The position numbers and the translations under genes were made by a program. 20,000 nucleotides of DNA from an uncultured virus (IMG/VR IMGVR_UViG_3300043803_002450). Its lineage: Duplodnaviria; Heunggongvirae; Uroviricota; Caudoviricetes. This document shows, piece after piece, positions 13,353-20,000 of the stretch. Numbering within the stretch: the stretch's first letter is position 1; each line of letters begins with the position of its first letter. Below the pieces are notes generated by a model that saw only the letters and a program-made list of their open reading frames with translations, was not told where the DNA came from and searched no databases. The stretch lies in the IMG/VR virus record IMGVR_UViG_3300043803_002450. One strand, written 5' to 3'.

Positions 13353-16163
13353 TCAGCGGGCGCGGGCGTAATTAAAGGGAACTTCTGCCCATGCGCAGTA
13401 AATCCATGTACTGCCAGATGACATTCCTGGGTTTCGCATTTTAAAGCCGTTTGAAACCACATCTAAAGAATAAGTTGAACTGTTTACCACTTCAGCGTCG
13501 CTTAAGTTTGGATACAGCTCTTTTGACGCGTAGTTGTATGAATCACGAGACGTGTCCCAAACAATCCAATTTGATGTATTTGTAGTTTGCTTGACCAGCA
13601 AGAGGCGCGGCCTAAATCCACAATAAACAAAACTTGAATCCGAAGTACCTGTAGGGTTGAAGATGCCAAAACTAGAGTACCCGACTACTGGGGCGAATGC
13701 GTATATCACATGCGTGTAACCAGAAAAGTTAGTTGATCCCGAGACGCCTAGTGTGATGACGGTAGAAGTCGGGCTAGTGCTATTCCAAGTGGAGGAAGAA
13801 CCTGCCGCTGCAGTGGTATTCAGGATGATGGATTGAGCATTTCCGAGCGACTGATGGTAGCAGGACCATTCGCTGGAATTACTGCGACTCTTAGAGATAA
13901 TAAATGCCGGAGCAACACCTAGTCCGTGTCCCACGGTTGCGCCTGCGGTGCTGTTCCCTGTGTAAGTAACAACCGAGAACCCCGCCGTCGCGTTTGCCCT
14001 GACACTAGAAGTGATGGAGCCTGATGTGTTTGTGACGGTGGAGCTGCCGGCGTCCCAGGTCCAGGCGACGTAGGTGTTTCCAGAAGCATTGACGTCACCG
14101 TCAGGATTAGAGCCCAAGGAAAACCCGCCTGAATCAAAAGACGTAAGGGAGTTGGTAAATGTCGCTTCTGCGCTTGTAGTGCTGCTGGCTAAGCGCTGTG
14201 TGGCACCTCTAACAATGTCATAAAGGGAATGGTTGCCAGTAGTATTTCTGACCTTTGCCCACACCAAATCAGGGCTAAACGCAAGCCCGGTGATGTTTTG
14301 TGTTGCCCCTGTGCCCGTATAGAGCTTCACGTCCATCACCGTATTAGGCTTTGTGACTACTGGGGCGGGCAGGTTGGCCGTGCAGAGCGCCTTGAAGCCG
14401 CTGGGGGCCGTGTAGGCGAAGGGGCGGCCGCCAAAGTTCATTACGCAACTTGTTGTGCTGTAATGACCAAGAGCAGGAAACAGGAAATCCCCTGTTATTC
14501 CAGAGAACATTTCATTCGTGCCGCTGGCTGGGTTGCCAGATGAGAACCACGTCCCGTTTTTGCCAGCCCACATCTTGCCGCTGTCACGGTCTACAGCGAT
14601 CATAATTACGTCGTTTGTGGTTGTAGTTGAACCCCAAGCTGTATTAGTGTTGTTATTCCACTTGTTAGCGTGACTTTGCCATGCCCAACTTGTCGCAGTG
14701 CTTCCCGGATGATTTGATAACGTAAAGCCAGCCGGAACTATGCCGACATTTAGGAAATCACTTGCTGCGGTTTGCGTGACCTCAAAATACCATTTATTAC
14801 TGTTAGGAATGCCAATAGTTGCAGACGAAGATTTCCATGCGTTTGAGGTTGAAGAAGCGTCTAAATTGCCGTTTGATAATGTTATTCCAGAGTTTGTATT
14901 GAGTGGATTTAAGGTTGCATAATTTCCCCTAACCTCACCCCCCGCCCCGGTATCCGTGCCGCTCGAAGAGGGAACGTCTACTAAACTGGCTCCAGCGGCT
15001 GCATCTACAAGAAGTATGCCATCAACAGTAATACCAAACAAGGTGTAGTTAAAGTCGGAAACACCTTCACGGTAAATATAAATAGAAGTTATGCCGCTAG
15101 TTCCTGCTGGAACACTAAGTTCAGTATCAGTTCCTGTCCCAGGAGATGATGGCAGACTCTGAGCATAACTAGTGCCATTGACTTGAAGGGAACTGTTTGA
15201 ACTGGCTGTTCCATAAACACTGCCAATCAATTTGACAAGCGAACCAGACGGCAAAGCCGGGCTAAATGAAACAGTAACGCCAGCATTAGCCTGGTTGACC
15301 GAGAAAGAACCTCCAGCCGCAGCAAGTGAACCATCAAAAATATCTGCAATGGTTCCAGATAAAATTGGTGGACTTGCACTTAGACTTCCACGTGAGCTGT
15401 AGTTGGCACCACCTGGATAAAGATTGTTGACAGTCCACGTGTTGTTATTGCCTGATGAATCAATGCCTAGGGCTGCCTTGGTGGAGTTATCGGAGAAAGA
15501 AAGTTTAAAGCCATTTGTGCCGTAACTGCCGGTATATGCCTTCGGGATGAGCTGGCCGGTGGTGGCGTCGGTTTCGGTGAAGCTGCTGGGGGTCAGCGCT
15601 TGGCCGTCGATGAAGTAGATGTCGGCTAGGTAGCCGTTAAGAAAGCTGCTGGAAGTATCTACAGACGTTCCAATTCGATTTTCTACCGAATTGTTCCAAG
15701 CATCATCAAAATTTTGGCTTGGATTTGTCTGCGTATCAAACGCCGTTACTTCCGATCCGTTTATGTAAAGTTTTAATCTGTTGGATGCTGTTGCTTGAGT
15801 GCTGTCAAATGCAAAAACTAGATGATACCAAGCAGAAGGATCTCTTAAGACTTGCGTAGTTCTTCTCTCATAGGCAATCCCGCCAGACCAGTTATACCAC
15901 CTTAATCTGTAATCACTGAGGATGTCAACTTCCATGTAGTTGTTTGCATCCGTTCTTGCGCCAAACAAACGAACTGAGTGGTTGCCTGTACTTTTGAACC
16001 ATAGCGCCACTGTGTATGTGCGGCGGTTACCAGCAGACCCAGGCGTGCGGCTGAGATAGGCCGAGTCGGGTGCATTGAACCGCAGCGAACGTGAGATACC
16101 CCCTGCAGCAGCACCTGCAGCGCTAGTGAGCAGCAGCGGATTGACGGAACCGGGGACCAGCAT
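13353..16163 (-). CDS. tail fibre / receptor-binding protein with ConA-like (LamG) and SPRY-like domains
   Basis: SLRFN...RDPSAWYHLV...LYING...GYLADIYFIDGQAL (LamG-like), NYATLNPL...KWYFEV...IMIAVD...NFG (SPRY-like), ending FNYARAR. ATG 16163 overlaps the upstream TGA. Confidence 0.85.
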   Translation of the reverse strand: MLVPGSVNPLLLTSAAGAAAGGISRSLRFNAPDSAYLSRTPGSAGNRRTYTVALWFKSTGNHSVRLFGARTDANNYMEVDILSDYRLRWYNWSGGIAYERRTTQVLRDPSAWYHLVFAFDSTQATASNRLKLYINGSEVTAFDTQTNPSQNFDDAWNNSVENRIGTSVDTSSSFLNGYLADIYFIDGQALTPSSFTETDATTGQLIPKAYTGSYGTNGFKLSFSDNSTKAALGIDSSGNNNTWTVNNLYPGGANYSSRGSLSASPPILSGTIADIFDGSLAAAGGSFSVNQANAGVTVSFSPALPSGSLVKLIGSVYGTASSNSSLQVNGTSYAQSLPSSPGTGTDTELSVPAGTSGITSIYIYREGVSDFNYTLFGITVDGILLVDAAAGASLVDVPSSSGTDTGAGGEVRGNYATLNPLNTNSGITLSNGNLDASSTSNAWKSSSATIGIPNSNKWYFEVTQTAASDFLNVGIVPAGFTLSNHPGSTATSWAWQSHANKWNNNTNTAWGSTTTTNDVIMIAVDRDSGKMWAGKNGTWFSSGNPASGTNEMFSGITGDFLFPALGHYSTTSCVMNFGGRPFAYTAPSGFKALCTANLPAPVVTKPNTVMDVKLYTGTGATQNITGLAFSPDLVWAKVRNTTGNHSLYDIVRGATQRLASSTTSAEATFTNSLTSFDSGGFSLGSNPDGDVNASGNTYVAWTWDAGSSTVTNTSGSITSSVRANATAGFSVVTYTGNSTAGATVGHGLGVAPAFIISKSRSNSSEWSCYHQSLGNAQSIILNTTAAAGSSSTWNSTSPTSTVITLGVSGSTNFSGYTHVIYAFAPVVGYSSFGIFNPTGTSDSSFVYCGFRPRLLLVKQTTNTSNWIVWDTSRDSYNYASKELYPNLSDAEVVNSSTYSLDVVSNGFKMRNPGMSSGSTWIYCAWAEVPFNYARAR

Positions 16164-18685
16164 CAGCTCAGGTTGGTGATCAGGGTGGCGGTGATCTGCG
16201 TGGAAGACTGCACCGCGTAGACGATGCAATCACGAGCGTTGGCAGCGGTCGTCAGCGTCGGCGCGGTGCCGCCTGTGAAGTCCCAGTAGCTGCCATAAGC
16301 CAGCGTTCTACTGCCGGTGCCGTCCTGCGTAATCCAGATGCAGCCCGATTGCCCTGCTGTCAGGTTGCTGGGGTTGGCGAGTGTTCTTGACCCACCGAGC
16401 GTGACCGAAAAATTGTTCGCCAGTGCGAAATCTGCTGTGATCGTCGAGCCGTCAGTCAGCGCTGAGATCGTGCCCCGCTGCGCTGCGCTGAATGACTGCG
16501 CCAGGTTGATGCCTGCCACTGTCAGTGACGCGTCAGGCAGTGTGATCGTGCGGTCGGCAGTTGGATCGGTTACCGCCAGTGTGGTCTCGAACGCATCAGC
16601 GCTGCTGCCTTCAAAGGTCAGGCTTCCTGCGCTGCCAATCTCAAGGTTGCCTGTGACCGTGCCACCAGATTTGGGCAGCGCTGCGTTGGCTAAGTCGTAG
16701 GCGCTCTTGACTGCGTTAGGTGTGGCGGCTGTCGTTGTGCTGGTGCTGCTGGTGCTGTCGGTGAGCTGCAGCTTGCCGGCGACGCTGGTGCTACCGCTAA
16801 CGACGGTGGTTGCCCCAGTGTTGCTGATCGTTACATCGCCGCTCATGGCGACGGAAGTGGCCACGTTGCTACTGTTGCCAACGAGGATGTTGGCGCTGGT
16901 CAGTGCGGCCAGTTTGCTGAAGGCGATCGCGGCGCTGGCGTTGATGTCCGCGTTGACGATGCTGGCGTTGCCGCTGACGATGACGTTGCCGCTTTGGTCC
17001 GGGAAGGTGATGGTCCGGTCGGCGGTCGGGTCAGTGGCGGTCAGGTAGGTTTCGTAGGCGTTGGCCGTGGAGCCCTCAAACGCAAAGCTGCCAGCAGTGC
17101 CGATCAGCAGCTCGCCGGTCATCGTGCCACCGGCCTTGGCGAGCTTTTCGCTCTCTAGCTCGTCGAGGGCGGCTTGGACGTTGACAGCAGCAAGGCCGCC
17201 GCTGGGGGTGTAGCTAACTTGGTTGGCGGTGACGCTGGTGATCGTCTGGCTAACGTCCACCTCGGTCCATTCGTTGCCGTTCGACAGGACGATGTCAGGC
17301 GGTGCCAAAGCAACGTTCGGGGCGTTGCCGCTAGTGATCGTGCCAGCCTCGGAAACCACCAAGTAGTAGCGGTTGTTGGCGGTGGCGGCGGCGGGTAGCG
17401 GCTGACCAACGACCAGGCCGATGGCGGTGCCTTCTGCGGTGACGGTAGCGATCAGGCCGCTTCCGCTTCCAGCGGAGGCATCAAACGTGCCAGCGAAGAT
17501 GATCTCGCCCACCGAGATGCCGATGGGCTGGAAGACGTTACCGTCCCAGAGGAAAAGGTCGCGGGTGAGGGGATTGAAGAAGAACTGGCCGATCATGTCG
17601 GCCGTGGGCTGCGTTTCTCCAATCTTGGTGATGGCGTAGTTGGCCAGCTTGGCGCCAGTCACCGTGTTGTTTGTGATGCGGGCAATATCGAGCGAACCGC
17701 TGGTCAGCTTGGTGGCCGGAAGGTCTGGAATGTCGCCTGCAACCAGGGCGGTGGCGTTGGTGACGTGACCCTGGGCGTCGAAGGTGATGCCGTTTTGTGT
17801 GGTGCCTGCAACGCTATTGGAGTGGTTGAGGACGCCGCTGCCATCGACAGCTAAGCCAGTCCCGGGGCGGACGGCGCCCGTTAAAACACTGGTGGCAACA
17901 GGCAGGTCAGAACCAGCAACAGCAGTACTGGCGGTGATCAGGCCTTGTGCGCTGTAGGTGAGTTTGCGGAGGGAGTCGGTGACAGGGGTGACGGTGTTGT
18001 TGATGATGGCGGTGTCGCCACTCATCGTCAGGCCGCCGCCATTGATGATGACGCCGCCCTTTGCGCTAGTGGTGGCCGTGGGCAGGTCTGCACCAGCAAT
18101 GGTGCGGTAGCTGACGGCTCCAGCAGAGCCAGTCGGGCCTGCGAGGAATTGGCCGGCGGCGCCTGTGTTATCGAGGCTGGTGCCAACAGTCGCGGTGTCG
18201 CCGCTGGTGCTGACGGTGATGTTGACGATGCCGCTGGTGTCAGCCGTGATGGTGTTGATCGAGCCGGCGGCTTCAACAGCGTTCCAGGTGCTGTTTTGCC
18301 AGAGATAGATCTTGAGGGCGTCAGTGGTGAAGCCGAGTTGGCCGACAAAGTCGCCCGTGATGGCTTGCAGAGCTGCTGTGCTGGCGGCGACGATGCAGGT
18401 GCTTTGGTCTCCGAGCTTGGCGGCGGTTACAGCGTCGGCGCCAATCTTGGTGGCAGTGACAGAGCCAGTGGCAAGCGATGCCTCGACGATGGAGCCAGCG
18501 GCAAAGCTGATCTTCGCGCTTGGGATCTCGGCGTTCGAGATGAGGTCGGCGCCGTATGCGATGAGGTCGCTGACCGTGATTTTCTTGGTTTCGCTGGCGC
18601 TGATGTCCGCGACAGCCAGTGCGTCCGTGGCTGCGAGGTTGGCACCAGCGAGGGCCTGCAGCTCTGTAATTTTGAGGTCTGCCAA
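16163..18685 (-). CDS. long tail fibre protein
   Basis: Ala/Thr/Gly/Ser rich, with VTAAKL-type repeats and the phage tail fibre repeat GKLQLTDSTSSTSTTTAATPNAVKSAYDLA; TTG start. Confidence 0.87.
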   Translation of the reverse strand: MADLKITELQALAGANLAATDALAVADISASETKKITVSDLIAYGADLISNAEIPSAKISFAAGSIVEASLATGSVTATKIGADAVTAAKLGDQSTCIVAASTAALQAITGDFVGQLGFTTDALKIYLWQNSTWNAVEAAGSINTITADTSGIVNITVSTSGDTATVGTSLDNTGAAGQFLAGPTGSAGAVSYRTIAGADLPTATTSAKGGVIINGGGLTMSGDTAIINNTVTPVTDSLRKLTYSAQGLITASTAVAGSDLPVATSVLTGAVRPGTGLAVDGSGVLNHSNSVAGTTQNGITFDAQGHVTNATALVAGDIPDLPATKLTSGSLDIARITNNTVTGAKLANYAITKIGETQPTADMIGQFFFNPLTRDLFLWDGNVFQPIGISVGEIIFAGTFDASAGSGSGLIATVTAEGTAIGLVVGQPLPAAATANNRYYLVVSEAGTITSGNAPNVALAPPDIVLSNGNEWTEVDVSQTITSVTANQVSYTPSGGLAAVNVQAALDELESEKLAKAGGTMTGELLIGTAGSFAFEGSTANAYETYLTATDPTADRTITFPDQSGNVIVSGNASIVNADINASAAIAFSKLAALTSANILVGNSSNVATSVAMSGDVTISNTGATTVVSGSTSVAGKLQLTDSTSSTSTTTAATPNAVKSAYDLANAALPKSGGTVTGNLEIGSAGSLTFEGSSADAFETTLAVTDPTADRTITLPDASLTVAGINLAQSFSAAQRGTISALTDGSTITADFALANNFSVTLGGSRTLANPSNLTAGQSGCIWITQDGTGSRTLAYGSYWDFTGGTAPTLTTAANARDCIVYAVQSSTQITATLITNLS
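16532..17132 (-). repeat. duplicated ~45-aa module inside the tail fibre
   Basis: GGTMTGELLIGTAGSFAFEGSTANAYETYLTATDPTADRTITFPD (~16998-17132) and GGTVTGNLEIGSAGSLTFEGSSADAFETTLAVTDPTADRTITLPD (~16532-16666). Confidence 0.85.
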
Positions 18686-18688
18686 GGG

Positions 18689-19573
18689 TTAGTCCTCCTG
18701 CTCCAAGGCCAAGTACGAGCTGGCGTCTTGCTCAAGCTCAAGTCTATCGCCGTTTTCCTGCAGCAAGTATTCGAGCTGACCCACGCCCGTGCGGAGACGG
18801 ATGGGGCCAGTTGTGATGAAGTCGGCGGTCACTTCAACAATCGAGCCAGGCTGGAACGCAACGGCTGCGTTTGTAATGATTGCACTAATACTGTAGTAGA
18901 TTTTGTCGTTTAATTCGCTTTGTTGGCCTGTTGGAGAATAGTTTTCTGTCTTGACGAACAGTTCGGCGTCAAACTCGCTGCCAACTTCGGTGCGGAGGAT
19001 TAGCTGGAGTAGGTAGTTGCCGCTTTCTGCAACAGTGTCGAGGTAGTCCCAGTGGCAGGAGATGGTGCCAGAGCCGGACATTAAGCCGCTGTACTGGCTG
19101 CGGAACTCTTCCGACAGGGCCGTAACGTCGATGGCCTCGCGGTTGGTGTTGATCTCGTAGGAGGTGACTGCTCCAAGCAAACGGGTGCTGGCGTTTTCGA
19201 CCTTGACGCGGATGGGAATGTCGGAGGCGATGGAGGCAAGCGTGATGGCCGAGGCTTGTTCGCCGTCGAGGGACGCGGCGAAGTTGTTGTAAAGGCGGAT
19301 GCCGCCCATGTCGTCAACGAAGACGTACCACTTTCCGCTGCTTTGCTTGGTGTTGTTGGCCCATCCATCGGTACCAACGAATTCGAGAACGACGCCGTTG
19401 GTGCTGGTGATCTCCACCTCGTCGCCGCTGATCAGGAAGCCGGGCTCGAAGTCAAAGCTGAACCGGCGGGCAGTGACGTTGATGTCACTGGCGTTGACGA
19501 CAGAGGTTTTTTCGCCTTCGTCGCTTTTGCGGCGGAGGGCGACGCGACCGTAAGCGCCAAGGTAGGTGGACAT
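18689..19573 (-). CDS. tail-tube-like structural protein with an inserted domain
   Basis: VTSYEINTNREAIDVTALSEEFRSQYSGLMSGSGT...GSIVEVTADFITTG parallels the adjacent tube protein. Confidence 0.7.
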   Translation of the reverse strand: MSTYLGAYGRVALRRKSDEGEKTSVVNASDINVTARRFSFDFEPGFLISGDEVEITSTNGVVLEFVGTDGWANNTKQSSGKWYVFVDDMGGIRLYNNFAASLDGEQASAITLASIASDIPIRVKVENASTRLLGAVTSYEINTNREAIDVTALSEEFRSQYSGLMSGSGTISCHWDYLDTVAESGNYLLQLILRTEVGSEFDAELFVKTENYSPTGQQSELNDKIYYSISAIITNAAVAFQPGSIVEVTADFITTGPIRLRTGVGQLEYLLQENGDRLELEQDASSYLALEQED

Positions 19574-19983
19574 TAGATGGCCACTCCTGTAGCGGCGCCA
19601 GAGCCTTGGAAGCTAATCTGGGCGCTCACTACTTCGCCGACGCTGGCGCCGTAAGAGGCGCTGGTGATGAAAGCGTTGAGGGTGACGGTCTTGCTGCCGA
19701 GCGCCAGGATGAAGGCGATGGGGGAAGTGCTAGGGGCGCCAGTGCTGATGACGCGCTTGACTTGCGTGGCGGCGTCGTTGCGGGCGGTGTCGTCTTCGTA
19801 GTACAGAAGCGTGGCCGAGCCGCTGTACGAGCGGATGCCGGGCGTGTAGCTGCGGTCGTCATCGCCCAGCGTGGTGGTCTCCAGCATCTCAAGGTCGGCC
19901 TGCAGGGACCAGTTGGTAACCTTCACCTGCGTGGTGCCCGCGATGCTGAGGGTGCCGTCTTTGCCGGTGTAGTACTTGCTCAT
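19573..19983 (-). CDS. putative major tail tube protein (siphovirus type)
   Basis: YTGKDG...VTNWSL...LETTTLGDDDRSYTPGIRSYSGS...ITSASYGASVGEVVSAQISFQGSG is a typical tail tube pattern; 136 aa. Confidence 0.78.
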   Translation of the reverse strand: MSKYYTGKDGTLSIAGTTQVKVTNWSLQADLEMLETTTLGDDDRSYTPGIRSYSGSATLLYYEDDTARNDAATQVKRVISTGAPSTSPIAFILALGSKTVTLNAFITSASYGASVGEVVSAQISFQGSGAATGVAI

Positions 19984-20000
19984 GATGTGGTCACGACCAG

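Noticed and set aside
17945..18913. 322-aa + strand ORF and other + strand ORFs across 16300-19600
   Set aside because: Antisense shadows of GC-rich tail genes; no recognisable motifs.

Overview
This is a 20 kb segment of a tailed dsDNA phage or prophage, most likely a temperate siphovirus-like cyanophage. The host is inferred from gene families, not shown. From left to right: a partial Zn-finger/TOPRIM primase on the minus strand; a divergent + strand operon (ribbon-helix-helix regulator, Sak/DUF1071 annealase, Zn-ribbon protein, PD-(D/E)xK exonuclease, small SSB-like protein); nucleotide metabolism genes (dcd, thyX, DUF3310); DUF559-like and HNH nucleases; a possible NblA-like gene; a lysis cassette with a GH73 plus L,D-transpeptidase endolysin; and a minus-strand tail module (two tail-tube-like genes, two large fibre genes) interrupted by a + strand tyrosine recombinase and small variable ORFs. 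The strongest unexplained signal is a canonical -1 ribosomal frameshift cassette at the end of the sak gene: in-frame A_AAA_AAG, a 7-nt spacer and a 20-bp hairpin. It would bypass the stop codon and add 40 residues, giving two annealase isoforms. All family assignments come from motif recognition by eye; no searches were run.
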